Assembly: GCA_951406725.2 (NCBI GenBank)
Contig: OX597824.1
Span: 66,898,001-66,962,000, forward strand
Direction: 5' to 3'
DNA: 64,000 nucleotides
Source: Octopus vulgaris
Lineage: Eukaryota
Part shown: one piece after another, positions 13,460 to 26,212 of the stretch
How positions within the stretch are numbered: position 1 is the first letter of the stretch
Layout of the letters: each line of letters opens with the position of its first letter
Notes under the pieces: model-generated
The model's database searches: none
Seen by the model: the letters and a program-made list of their open reading frames with translations, nothing else
Told to the model about the DNA's origin: nothing
Position numbers and translations under genes: made by a program

Positions 13460-14271
13460 GGATACAAACACTCTTCATATGAATATATTACATGGACAAC
13501 TGTACAGAATAGAAATTATGTATTTCTTAACTCAGCAACTGTTTTAGAACGCCCAGATCTACATAATTGTTATAAGTATAATTTACAGATGAAATGTGCA
13601 GAAAGTTATGGGTATGTAACCAGTCACTCCCTGGACATTCCCTTTACCTTGTCCTGTCCATAGTTTGTAAGAGTACCCCATACAATGCTAACCATTGTGT
13701 TTGCAATTTGTTACAGAGAATTGCTTGCTATTCTATGCCATTATAATACCACATTACTCGATAGGTTTTCTGATGTAATCTTCTCATGTAAACATGAATT
13801 TTATTCTACAGTTGTTCTCTGTAAAGTTTTCATAGTTTCTCCTACTTGTTGCTGAATCTCTTTTCTATTTATCCAAGTATCAATTATCCCTCTCCTTGTA
13901 GCATATTCTCTTTCTTTCAACATATTTTCCTTCTCTGCTACTCCTACACCTCAATGCTCATCATTTCCTGCCTCTTTGTCTGGTCAGTTGATATTCTTAA
14001 ATGATTTATGGTCTGCTTAACACTATCTTTACCACCTGTGACATTACCTTGCACTACACTGGTTTCATATTTATCTTCTCCCCTTGTCTCTGCTTTTTCT
14101 AGTTTTATCCTTCTTCATTTCTCCACATGTTTTAGAAGTTAACCATTCTCCTCTTTCCCTCAGCCTTGAACTTGTTCTGTTTCCTCTCCTCTTTAACCAT
14201 TTATATTTGCTAACCCTACTGTATAAATTGCATTTACCAATCTCCTCTTGATGAAGGGAGCCAGACATAAT
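12657..14271. repeat. About 1.6-kb near-perfect inverted duplication centred on (TA)n at 13428-13457
   Basis: 12657-13268 is the reverse complement of about 13656-14271; the inner 13270-13426 is a gappy reverse complement of 13457-13605. Confidence 0.95.
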
Positions 14272-14430
14272 GCAATATCTTCATGTGACTGATTACCAGT
14301 TACATAACCATAATTATTTGCATGTTTCATCTGCAAATTATGATTATTAAGATTATTATGCAACTCTACGCTTCCTGAAACAGTTGTCAAGTTAAGAAAT
14401 TATGTATTTTCTTCATATTCTATTCTGTAC
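13500..14430. mobile_element. Putative non-autonomous DNA transposon with long diverged terminal inverted repeats
   Basis: 13500-13628 is a diverged reverse complement of about 14285-14430 (atttcttaac...caactgttt...cagatgaaa...tatgtaac); TA-rich flanks. Confidence 0.5.
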
Positions 14431-14669
14431 TTTTATTCTGTATATTTTATGCTGCATATAAATATATCTATGTCAAGCCTCAGTGTGTTTATTCCCTTTA
14501 CTACCTCCATATCAGCTTGATTTAGATTTTTCTTAAAGCTATTCTTGATGGTGTGGTCCTTGCTCTAGATAAAGAAGAATTCAGAGTTTAAGTTTAAATC
14601 CTTTTGAGCATTACTATATATTTTCTATATTGAGCATACCCAGTTCTCACATATTGTCTGTCTGTCTTT

Positions 14670-14845
14670 GTCGTTTAATGTCCTCCCTGAATGCTGGCAT
14701 TGGTTGGATGGTTCGACAGGAGCTGCACTATACATCTGTGTTTGTTATGGCAAGGTTTTTACAGCTGGATGCCCTTCCAAATGCCAATCACTTTACAGTG
14801 TGGACTGGATGCTTTTTAAGTGGCACCAGCACTAGCAGAGCACCA
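14670..14845 (-). mobile_element. RTE-like 3' tail
   Basis: acagctggatgcccttcc...ccaatcactttacag, the reverse complement of the shared tail. Confidence 0.65.
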
Positions 14846-15371
14846 ATATATATATATATATTTATATATAATGAATGTGTTTGTATATTCCTTTTATCTT
14901 GAACCATGTGATGGTTGTAAAGAGGTATCACAGTCATACAGATAATAATGTTCAGTTTCATGTCTGGTCATGGGGAAATATTACTTGGAAACTAGTGAGG
15001 GCTGGTGACAGAAAGGGCACCCAGCTGAAGAAAATTTGACTCTACAAGTTCCATCTGACCCATGCAAGCTGGGGAAAATGAATATTAAATAATGATGTTG
15101 ATGAATGATACCAGGATTTTGGACATCTTGACTGCTTAAAGCAAACAATGGTGGGAGAAAAGTGAAATGGAATCGACAATGAAATGAATCATATGAGAGA
15201 CTGTTTGGTGTCATACCACTCCAAAATGTCTAAACACAAGTGCTTGGTAGATTGATACCTATAAAAGGCAATATAAGTGTTTCCATATAATTTAGTTCTT
15301 TGTGTATTGTATATTTGATTCCCAATATGAAATTAGAACCCCAACTAAGCCTTTTTGAATAAGTAAGCAAG

Positions 15372-15419
<48 letters not shown>

Positions 15420-15767
15420 TGAGAGAATGAATCAACTGTCTTGTTCAAGGATGTGATTTAATTCTTGCTATAGGATGTTGACAAATATGGTGTCTTGTGA
15501 TGGGAATGAAGTATCAGATTTTCCAATATTGGTATGATGTGTGTCAAGTGTATCTGTGTAAATGCTACATCATGTACTTGTATGTGTATATTTTAGGTGC
15601 AGATATGGTGGTGTGGTTTAGAAGTTTGCTTCCCAACCACATAGTTTCAGGTTCAGTTCCACTGCACAACATTGGATGAGTACTTTCTACTTTAGTGGAT
15701 TTAGTGGTCAGAAACTGAAAGAACCTATCATATGAGCATTCACATATGTGTGTGTGTGTGTGTGCAT

Positions 15768-15800
<33 letters not shown>

Positions 15801-16309
15801 CGAGAGAGAGAGCGAGAGTATGTGTCTATCTGTCTGTCAACACTTGTGTTCATCCAAAAATTGCTGAGATATAAGTAGTGACATTGTTGTCATTTCATAT
15901 GATAACAAATCATCTCCTGGCTCTGTACTTTCAAAGGCAATAAAATAAGACATCTCTTATTTGGAAAACAGGTAAGGGTATAGCAACAAGAAGAGCACTG
16001 ACTTTAAAACAATGCCTCAATAATGTATTCATCTGACCCATGTTAGCATAGAAAAACAGATGTGAAAATGAATAACTGATGTTTGTTTCCATGGCTATAG
16101 GGAAATATTACCTTGCTTGGAAACAGGTGAGGGGAAGGCATCCAGCCTTAGAAAATCTACCTCAATGAATATTGCCTGACTCATACAAGCATGAATTAGT
16201 GAATGTTAAAACAATGATGACCTGTCTGTCTGTCTTTCCAAATCTGTAGCTTTTGTATGTATGAATGAATGAATAAATGAATGAATGAATGATCTTTCCA
16301 CCTTTTGCT

Positions 16310-16710
16310 TTAGTAAATTAGACTGCAATCATGCTGGGGCACTGCAGTTCAGGGCTTTAGTCAAATGGATTGACCCTATTATTTATTATTTTATAAAGCC
16401 TGTTACTTATTCTATCAATGTCTTTTTGCTGAACCACTAAGTTACAGGGACATAAAAAACCCGACACTTGTTGTCAAGCTGTAGTGGAACACAAGCACAG
16501 ACACACACTCATGCATACACACATATGCAAGCACACATACACACACACACATGATGTTCTTTTAGTTTGTGTCTACCAAATCCACTCACAATGCTTTGGT
16601 TGACCTGGGGCTCTAATAGAAGACATTTGGCCAATGTGCCACTCTGTGGAACTGAACACAGATCTATGAGGTTGGGAAGCAATCTTCTTATCACACAGTC
16701 ACACCTGTGC
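16310..16710 (-). mobile_element. SINE family A (diverged)
   Basis: ctaccaaatccactcaca...gttgggaagcaatcttcttatcacacag. Confidence 0.75.
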
Positions 16711-16712
16711 CC

Positions 16713-16764
<52 letters not shown>

Positions 16765-16768
<4 letters not shown>

Positions 16769-17192
16769 CAGCATAGCCTGGCATTGCCCGGGTATGTAAG
16801 AGCCCCTAGTAGGCAACGACTAATCCCAATCTAGTCCTTTCCCTCTAGGGAACGAAGGCACATGTGTAGGTTGCAATGTCTTCTCTTCACTCGAATACTT
16901 CTGTATATACGATGTTCCTAGCTGTCCCTTTGGGCGATAAAAAGGTTGAGTTGTGTCCCCGAGACAGAAAATGTGTTGCATATAAAAAGCTTAGATTCTC
17001 GACCCCATGTCGAATTTATTGATCTTTTTCAGAACTGGAGGAACTTTTCAAAATTTTCGCTGCGTTAGTTTTGAATTATGACATTGGGCTATGTGTGTGT
17101 CAAGTTTCATCAGAATCGGTTGAAAGCTGTGGTCAGGGTGAGGGTACAACCTGACAGACACACAGACAGACAAACTGCCGTTTATATAGAGA
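16765..17192 (-). mobile_element. Non-autonomous Helitron-like element
   Basis: Minus-strand 5' tctctatataaa start, subterminal hairpin cccgggcaatgccagg, (gaca)n tract near the 5' end; same architecture as 62722-63085. Confidence 0.65.
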
Positions 17193-17394
17193 TATATATA
17201 TATAATTTGTCCAACCCATGCTAGCATGGAAAGTGGACGCTAAACGAATTAATAGAGGTCACAAAAGTGATGGGTGGTTAGGGGACTATAAACACCAGTA
17301 GCACTGTCCTGTATAGGACACCACACTTGTTTGGCAATTACATGTTATGATTCCATATTGCCACTGTTTACAGCTCGCTCAGAGATTTAATATA

Positions 17395-17425
<31 letters not shown>

Positions 17426-17428
<3 letters not shown>

Positions 17429-17555
17429 CATCCTTTAGCAAGAATACTCTTGACAGTGACTTTGAGGTTTTAGCTTGGTTAACATTCATCAATGAAAGCT
17501 AAGCAGGCTGAAACTTTGAAGTCACTGTCAACACCATTCTTATTAAAGAATAATA
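17426..17555. mobile_element. About 130-bp palindromic fold-back element
   Basis: Arms ttgacagtgactt...gttttagc / gctgaaac...aagtcactgtcaa; adjacent to (TA)n. Confidence 0.75.
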
Positions 17556-18241
17556 AATATGTATTAACAAAGAGTTTTGAGTTATCCTTCAGTTTGATAT
17601 AAAATTGTTTTTATTTTAATTGAACATAAAAAAACAATACACATGCACACACGCACGTACGCAAACACACACACACACACACACACACTCTCTCTCTTTT
17701 ACTAATGTGACACCAATGTCGTTTGAGGAATTTCTCTCAGCCACTCCAAACATATCTGATATCCCATGACTTGCTTTGGAAAAAGTACATTTTGTTTTTT
17801 ATTTAATTTTTAAAAATTTTTTTGCTTATTCTATATAATTTCCTGCCTTTTCATTATTTAAATTATACTGTAGGTTAGGATGGGTTTCAAGTGTTTTAAA
17901 AGTTTGCATTTTGATGAAGTAAATATTTTTTTATTGAGATTTCATGAACAAAATATTGATTAAATTTTGAAATATAGTGGCAAATTTTTGAATGATGTTA
18001 GCAGAATGGATTCAGAACTTAGAAGTTCTGAAGAACGATCTCTTGAAACTGTTGTCGTTGTTTAGTCCAGCTCAACACAAATCCAGTAGACTTATAGTCA
18101 AATGCATTCCAGTCATGACCTTCTCCTTATTCTAAGGCCATCTAGGACTATATTACTCCAGTGTGTCTATTCTTTTATCAAAATTTGGAAATTTGAAGAA
18201 ATTTAACTTTGTTTCTCAGATGACATTGAGATCAGATGTTA

Positions 18242-18356
18242 AGTGACCACACAGAGGTCAAAGACTGAGTGACCACATATGAAGGCCAGGTGTTGGGTAA
18301 CCATGCATGGAGGCCAGGTGTCAGGTGGCCACATATGGAGGTTAGTGGTCAAGTGT
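18242..18356. repeat. Degenerate minisatellite, about 27-bp unit, about 4 copies
   Basis: gtgaccacatatgaaggccaggtg-like unit repeated. Confidence 0.65.
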
Positions 18357-19339
18357 CCCCTTCTTCGTTGACTTGTTAGAACGGACTGGTAGAATGGACT
18401 GATCTCACATCAGTTTCTATGAAGGAACATTTCAATTGTTCAGTCACTACTTACTGAATCAGTATAAAAGGTTGGATATGCACAGATTTTTCTACCCTTG
18501 AATGAACTACCTTACCAGTAAAAATAAACAGAAGCCCCGACTACCAGTGTGATGGCCATATGTTGTAATTGGTAAATGTAGGTCAGCATATCTCTTATTG
18601 TAATTATCTTGGTGATAACTTCTAAATTTCTGATTTAGAACTAACATATAACTCAATGTATAACTCTAGTTCAGGAGTTAGAAAAGCGATTAATATTAAT
18701 CCCTTAGGGGTGGTCAACTATGGGGCTATCGAAGGGATCAATAAACACCTAAAACAATTTTGAACATTAAGGGTGTTGAATAAGTTAGTGATATTCCATA
18801 GAGGGATTAATGATATATAAGAAGTTTGTCAAGCCCTATACTAGAGATATCTCATCGTTTTGTATCCAGTGCTGGGCAAGAGATGTGGGCGTCTCCTATA
18901 TGTTTGATTGGCTGCCTCTCTCTCTGCCATATGTCTGTTTAAACAGACTCTACTCGAGAGGGTGGGGCACTCATCGCTCCCCCACCTCCCTATGTGACAT
19001 AAGCCATAACTATACCAATTACATAAATGCGTAATTTATACTTATTTACCATTCCTCTTACAGTGTACATTTTAATTTTTAACCCACTCACTTCAACCCT
19101 AGTATTGATGGGTCCTCTCCTAATTAACTATATAAATTATTGATGAATCTATACCATCCCAATCATTCAGTCATTAATCTGTCTACGTCAGTGAGGCACC
19201 CACACATCCCCCTTTCATTTATTATAACTACTAGAGGCCATTCCTGCCCAGCTCTACTCACTGCAACCCGTCATCCACCCAAAACCTGTCTAACATATAA
19301 ATATGATATCCTGTTTTCCTTGACATGTTTTGAACAAAG

Positions 19340-19892
19340 TTTTGGTGATATTGATGGTGGAGTGGATGGTGTTCTTGGTTAGTGTTGTTGATGGCCTTTA
19401 TGGTGGTGGTGATCATAGATAATAATAATTATAATAATAATAATAATAATAATAATAGTGGTGTTGGCAGCATTTATGGTGATGGTGGTGTTGGTACAAA
19501 TGGTGGTGACAAGTGTGTTGATATTATTGGTGGTGATGGTGGTGTGATGTTTGCTGTATTGGTTGTGGTGATGTTGATGGTGGTAGTGGTGGTAGTTTTG
19601 ATTTTGGTAGAGGTGGTGATGGTGTTGGTGGTGGTAATACCGATAGCTTTGAGTGGGGTAATGTTGATGGTGGTGATGATAGGTGTGATGTTAGTTGTGG
19701 TGATGATAACGATGTGGGTGACTAAGATGAACCCCACCCATACACACCTACCTGAGATGGTAGTGTGTTGATGGTGCAAGTTATGACTGATAGCGATGAT
19801 TATGATGGTATTAGCTGTGGCAAGGTGGTGATAGCCATGACAATAATGGTGGTAGTGGTGGTGGTAATTATACTGGTAAGTTATGTTGGTAA
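19340..19892. repeat. (GGT/GAT/AAT)n low-complexity tract
   Basis: Directly visible; source of the poly-V and poly-T ORFs. Confidence 0.9.
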
Positions 19893-19905
19893 TGTCATTT
19901 TAATT

Positions 19906-20130
19906 TGGCGAGCTGGCAGAATCATTAGCATGCCAGGCGAAATGCGCAGCCATATTTCGTCTGCCGTTACGTTCTGAGTTCAAATTCCGCCGAGGTCGAC
20001 TTTGCCTTTCATCCTTTCGGGGTCAATAAATTAAGTACCAGTTACGCACTGGAGTCGATATAATCGACTTAATCCGTTTGTCTATCCTTGTTTGTCCTCT
20101 CTGTGTTTAGCCCCTTGTGGGTAATAAGGA
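19906..20130 (+). mobile_element. SINE family B (young, CpG-intact)
   Basis: Near-consensus copy. Confidence 0.9.
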
Positions 20131-20718
20131 ATTAAAAAAATTGTTGTTATTGCTGTTGCTGTCAAGGTTATACATCGAATCAAGGAATAACCAGAATTCG
20201 TTTCAAAATTAGTCCCCAGACACACACACACACACGTCCCACTTGCACAACTGACTACTGTACTATACCACAGACGTGGATACCACACATGTGCATGTGC
20301 ATGCACTCACACACACACATCTCACTAGCACAACTGAATGCTGCACTCTACTATACCACACATGTGGATGCACACACGTGCATGCATGCACACGTACATA
20401 TGCATGCATACATACACACACATACATATAAGCATTTCCCACTTGCACAACAAATTACTACACTGTACTATACCACACATATCTAAACACACACACACAC
20501 ACACATATGTACACACACACGTATGCATGGACACATATATACACATGCATGTGCACACACACACACACACACAAAAACAAAACAAATTTTTCTGCCATTT
20601 TCTCTAGTAGACACAGGTATGGCTGTGTGGTTAAGAAGCTTGGTTTTAACCACGTAATTTCAGGTTCAGTCCCACATGGTTTTGGTTTCAGTCCCAGTGT
20701 GTGGCACATTCGGCAAGT

Positions 20719-20865
20719 GAGATATGAAACTGAGATATGAAACTGAGATTTGAAACTGAGATTTGAAACTGAGATTTGAAACTGAGATTTGAAACTGAGA
20801 TTTGAAACTGAGATTTGAAACTGTGAAATTTGAAACCGAGATTTGAAACTGAGATTTCAAACTGA
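20719..20865. repeat. 13-bp minisatellite (gagatttgaaact), about 11 copies
   Basis: Directly visible; abuts a SINE A head at 20612-20718. Confidence 0.95.
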
Positions 20866-22244
20866 ATCTACCCACTTGTTACTCCTTGGAGGACAGTCTG
20901 ATTTCTTTGTGTTTTATCTCCATACTGAGACATTAATGAGAAACATCTGACCTAGCCCCTTTGTTGGTCACTAAAGGGTCAGTCCTTTTTAGATTTGACC
21001 TACTTCCTGATCATACCCTATATAACTGAGATCATCTCTCTCTCTCACTCTCTTTGGTCCAACCAGCTGGCACAGAACACACATTTGTGTCAGCCATTAA
21101 CCATTGGCCAAATTCGAAAAGGACAATGTAACTTTACCCTTTTTTCCTCTCTGTCAACAGCATGCTCTGATCACATGCTACCAACTACCAGTAAGCCATG
21201 GACACATCAACACTATTGTCAATTACTACTGTGTACATTTTACTAACCACTGCTGGCAAATAAATTAGTGAACATTATTCCTTTTTTCCTCAATGTTGTT
21301 ATGCTATTTCATCTTGCTTTCAACTATCAACATACAATGAGCCAACATGGAATCACCACCACTACCACCTATACTGTAACACTATTTCACAGTACCACCA
21401 CCTATACTGTTGTTGTTGTTTTGTTTAGCTCCAGATTAGTCTTGATTGAGCTGAATCTGATTAAAGACATTTCAATAATGACTATATTTATTTTTCTCCA
21501 GATGTGTTAAACTATATGTAGGATCACATTATCATGAAGTGAATTCTCCTATTTGCTAAAAAGAAAAAAAAAATTGTGAATAATTTAAGAGAGGTTTAGT
21601 TAGTATTTCTAGCAGTAGCAACATGTAGACTCCCTCTTTGGCTCAGGCTATTATTGTAGTAGTTGTATTAACAGGCCTTCCATTTGGAGCATATGACTAC
21701 ACTTAACAGCAAAAGAGCCATAATTTCCGTTTGTTGTTTCCTGATCAAACGTTGCTTCCTTACTGTTGGTCACATCCCTGACTTTATGTCACTAGGCTTT
21801 TAAATGTTATTTAACAGAATTTTGGTTTAGTTGCACTTGTTTGGTAATAGATTAAACCTGATCATTAAAAGACTGCATTAGGGTAGTCACAATAGCCATT
21901 AAGAACACACATATACTGATATATTCAATATCTAAGAAATATTTATGTGCAACATAATGTGTGTTAGAAAACCCAAAATAAATTTAAAGTAGTTAAACTA
22001 CAGCTTTTTAGCCTTTCTCTATAAAACTTGAAACCTGTGAATACATCATGATATTCTTTTTGTGAACAGAAAAATAAAGGAGATCGCCCTGATATGTATC
22101 ACAATTTGCTCCATTCAATTTTTTAAATTTTATTATTGTATATTCGCTTGAGTAGTCTAGTGATTAGTGGAGCCAGCTGGCACAGATTAATCCTGTAAGA
22201 GGCACCTGCTGTTCTTGAGGAGACCTATTGAGTCAAGTTTGTTA

Positions 22245-22559
22245 ACATCAAAATAAAAATCAAATGGAAATTGTAGTTAAAACACCTGTGCCGGTGACAC
22301 GTAAAAAGCACCGTCCGAACGTGGCAGATGCCAGCACCGCCTGACTGGCGTCTGTGTTGGTGACATGTAAAGGCACCAACCGATTGTGGCTGTTTTCCAG
22401 CCTTCTCGGAGTGGTTGGCGTTAGGAAGGGCATCCAGCTGTAGAAACACTGCCAGATAAGACTGGAGCCTGGTGCAGCCTTCATGGCTTATCAGACCCCG
22501 GTCGAACCGTCCAACCCATGCTAGCATGGAAAACGGACGTTAAATGATGATGATGATGA
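22245..22559 (+). mobile_element. RTE-like LINE 3' UTR
   Basis: gtggttggcgttaggaagggcatccagctgtagaaac...catggaaaacggacgttaaatgatgatgatga. Confidence 0.8.
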
Positions 22560-23017
22560 AGTGAACCTCTATGTGGATGCTGAACTTGCTAGAAATAGCA
22601 GCTAGATCCCCCTGAAATCTTGCTGTCTAAAAAAGAATACATTGGTTAGTCAACATAATCCTAGACTGGAATGTCTTGGAACTTAAATCTGTCTGATCAA
22701 GGCTGACCTGGGGCTAAACAATGGAGGACCTATGTGATCAAAGTACGGAAGTCAAATTTTGACCTTCTGTTTTGGTTCCTCTGTTTGACTTCATCATTTT
22801 GTCTTTATTGATGCTGTAGATTCACCCATTTAGAATTAAAGGTTCTCCTAATTAATATCCAGTGTCATTAGATATTAGGGGTTAACTAATACTCAGTCAC
22901 AATGTAATGGCTAATTATAAATTAGTAATGAAATTGTCATCAGGTACCCTTGGTACACCATTAATCATTAAGGATCTTGTATTATTAAATGTCATTGTGT
23001 AGGGCATTACTATATTC

Positions 23018-23312
23018 CAGCACTTCTTAAACTTTTTTCATTCATGACCCCATTTTCCATCATGAAAATTTTTGTGACCCCAGGTATTAATTATGAAATA
23101 AAACCTACAAATAAATACATAAATCATTTATTTTTTTGCTTAACCATATACATATAAAAAAAAGTAGTTTTATTATTTGTCAAAATAAAAGTAGTTTTAA
23201 GATTTAGAATTTAGGATTTAGAAATTCAAGTGTTTGAATTTAATTTTTGCGACCCCAGCATTTCACTTCATGGCTCCAAATTAGGTCACAACCCATAGCT
23301 TAAGAAGCGTTG
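23018..23312. mobile_element. hAT-type MITE
   Basis: TIRs cagcacttcttaaact / agcttaagaagcgttg; subterminal gacccc motifs. Confidence 0.65.
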
Positions 23313-23404
23313 CAATATACTAAGCAGCTATCTGTCATGTGATGGAAAACTTTATAGTATACTTTTGTCACCATTCGTGATATCAGGAAATACAGCATAC
23401 TTAT

Positions 23405-24072
23405 TCTGTTTCAATCATTAGACTGCAGCTATACTGGGGCACCACTTTGAGGAATTTTAGTTGAACTAATCAACCCCTGTACTTATTTTCCTTTTAAGCC
23501 TGATACTTATTCTATCAGTCTCTTTTGCTAAACCTCTAAGTTACAGGGACATAAACACACCAACACCAGTTGTCAAGCACACACACACACACACACACGG
23601 GGGGCTTCTTTCAGTTTCCAACTACCAAATTCACTCATGTGGAGGCACATGGCCTAGTGGTTAGAGCAGCGGACTTGCTGTCGAGGGATCACGGGTTCAA
23701 ATCTCAGACCAGATTATGTGTGTGTTTATGAGCGAAACACTTAAGCTCCATACGGCTCCGGCAGAAGGTAATGGCGAACTTCTGTTGACTCTTTCGCCAC
23801 AACTTTCTCTCACTCTTTCCTCCTGCATCTTGCAGCTCACCTGCAATGGACCGGCATCCCGTCCAGGTGGGGAAACTATACAAAAAGGAAACTGGGAAAC
23901 CGGCCCTTATGAGCTAGGCATGGCTCGAGAAGGAACAAACAAAATTCACTCACAAGGCTTTGATCTGCCTGAGGTTATAGTAAAAGATACTTACCCAAGG
24001 TGCCTTGTAGTGGGACTGTACTCAGAAATCATGTGGTTGGGAAGCAAGCTTCTTAATCACACAGCCACGCCT
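23405..24072 (-). mobile_element. SINE family A interrupted by a family D SINE
   Basis: A sequence resumes after the insert; TSD aaattcactca at 23627-23637 and 23942-23952. Confidence 0.85.
23638..23941 (+). mobile_element. SINE family D (tRNA-derived)
   Basis: tggcctagtggttagagcagcggac...gggttcaaatc; homologous to 49329-49605. Confidence 0.85.
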
Positions 24073-24159
24073 TATCCTTAATGTCTAACAATGTCTCCAT
24101 ATAATGTATTTGATCCCTAATCCCTAATGCTGTGCTATATGAATGATCGCTCTTCATGT

Positions 24160-24395
24160 CCCATGTCTGTTTGTCTGTTCTTGTTTGTCTCCTCTGTGTA
24201 GCCCCTTGTGGGCAGTAAAGAAATAAGAAACGTTAGCACACCAGGCAAAATGCTTAGCGGTATTTCATCTATCTTATGTTCTGAGTTCAAATTCCAGGGG
24301 TTGATAAATTAAGTACCAGTTGTGTACTGGAGTCAATCTAATCGACTGGCCCCCTCCCCCCATATTTCGGGCCTTGTACCTAGAGAAGAAAAGAA
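24160..24395 (+). mobile_element. SINE family B fragments (3' part followed by a new 5' part)
   Basis: agccccttgtgggcagtaaagaaata directly followed by agaaacgttagcac. Confidence 0.7.
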
Positions 24396-24499
24396 TATTT
24401 TATTCATTGTTTTAACTGTGATCTTTTCTTTTATCTTTTTATTTCTTTTGCTTGTTTCAGTCATCAGACTGTAGTCATGCTGGGGTACTGGGGCAAACG

Positions 24500-24836
24500 G
24501 ACCAGTGCATAACTGGTACTTATTTAATTGATCCTGAAAGGATGAAAGGCAAAGTCGACCTTGGCGGAATTTGAACTCAGAACGTAGTGGCAGACAAAAT
24601 ACCTATTTCTTTACTACCCACAAGGGGCTAAACACAGAGGGGACAAACAAGGACAGACAAATGGATTAAGTCGATTACATCGACCCCAGTATGTAACTGG
24701 TACTTATTTAATCGACCCCGAAAGGATGAAAGGCAAAGTCGACCTCGGCGGAATTTGAACTCGGAACGTAGCAGCAGATGAAATACTGCTAAGCATTTCA
24801 CCCAGCATGCTAACGTTTCTGCCAGCTCACCACCTT
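24500..24836 (-). mobile_element. Two tandem SINE family B copies
   Basis: Partial copy at 24500-24602 plus full copy at 24602-24836. Confidence 0.85.
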
Positions 24837-24917
24837 ACAGTGAATAAAATATTGAAACCGATTTAGTTGTCATATTAAACTATTTCCATATTTATTTTTT
24901 TTATATCTTTGTTGCAG

Positions 24918-25108
24918 GTACCCTAAAAACCCAAATTACTACTACATCAATAGCCACCCACAGATACGCAACACAATGAGCATTGATGGGGAAAACTATC
25001 TTCACCCACAAAATAGAACTCCTCCAAGGCTTCGATTGGAGCCATACCCAAAGAAGGAAATTGTACCAACCAAAAAACATCCAGGACGTTTTCAGAGATT
25101 TGATTCAG
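24918..25108 (+). CDS. Internal coding exon of an unknown protein (YPKNPNYYYINSHPQIRNTMSIDGENYLHPQNRTPPRLRLEPYPKKEIVPTKKHPGRFQRFDS)
   Basis: Polypyrimidine tract plus ttgcAG acceptor, cag|GTAAGT donor at 25109, 191 nt open frame, non-repetitive protein-like composition; phases 2 and 1. Confidence 0.65.
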
Positions 25109-25524
25109 GTAAGTTCCATTACAAGCTGACCCCTAATTTTTCTTCAAGTTGCTTAGCTTTTTTTTTTTTAAAGAATGGGAGAAAGATAAGAAGAAGGTTT
25201 AGGGAGAAGGTGGTAGAAATAAAAAAAAAAAAGGAGAGATGAGAGAGATATACAGGAAGTAGTCCTGGGAAAAATTGGATGAAGGGAAAGAGAAAGTAAG
25301 CTGTATTGGAGAAGAAAGTGGCTGGATAGATGGAGAACTGGACAAGTGAAGAGTGACCACTGAACTGAGGGACCACACACTGTAAAATCTATATAAGAAA
25401 AAGACACAGAGGAACATTGTAGATTGTTGAGGTGAGAAGAAACATATAGTGAAAGGGATTATGAGAAAGAATTACATCTGAGGAATGAGAGAGAAAGAAT
25501 GAATTAAATAGACTGAGATAGGGA

Positions 25525-25557
<33 letters not shown>

Positions 25558-25749
25558 TGAATAGATTAGGGTAAGAGTGAGAAAAAAAAAAGATATAATA
25601 GGTTTTAGTGAGAGAGAGAAAGAGAATGAGAGAGTGTGAAAGAGGGAGTTAAGCTGAACCCTATGACCTTTACCAAAAGTACTCATTTAAACTGGCTGAT
25701 AGCTTAGAAATTGGCCAATTCATTAAGTGAACTGAATAATTGCTAGGTT

Positions 25750-26212
25750 TTTCTCTCTTTCTCTCTCCCTAAGCTTTCTCTCTTTGCCTTCTTTCTGTCT
25801 CTCTCTTCCGCTTACTCTCTCTCTCTCTCCCTCCCTTTTTCTCTCTCTCCCCCTTCCTCTTTCTCTCTCTCCCTTCCTCTTTCTTTCTCTTTCTCTTCCA
25901 CTTTCTCTCTCTTTCACTTTCACTCTCTTCCTCTTTCTCTCTCCCTTCCTCTTTCTCTCTCTTCTTTCCTCTTTCTCTTTCTCCCTTCCTTTCTCTTTCT
26001 CCCTTCCTCTTTCTCTCTCTCCCTTCCTCTTTCTCTTCTTTCCCTTTCTCTTCCTCTTTCTCTCTTTCCTTCCTCTTTCTCTCTCTCCCTTCCTCTTTCT
26101 CCCTCCCTTCCTCTTTCCCCTCCCTACCCCCTCTTTCTCCCTGCCTCTTTTTCTCTTTCTCTCTGCCTCTTTCTCTCTTTCTCTCAGTATCTTTCTCTCC
26201 TTCTCTCCAAGC
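25750..26212. repeat. Polypyrimidine/polypurine (CT-rich) tract
   Basis: About 460 nt almost entirely C/T, with a repeated ctctctctcccttcctcttt unit. Confidence 0.95.

Noticed and set aside
19382-19779. Poly-V membrane-like and mucin-like ORFs
   Set aside because: Derived from (GGT)n low complexity; no splice support. The same applies to 59720-60189.
20719-20865. Regular repeat resembling a CRISPR array
   Set aside because: No unique spacers, no cas genes, eukaryotic context; it is a plain minisatellite.
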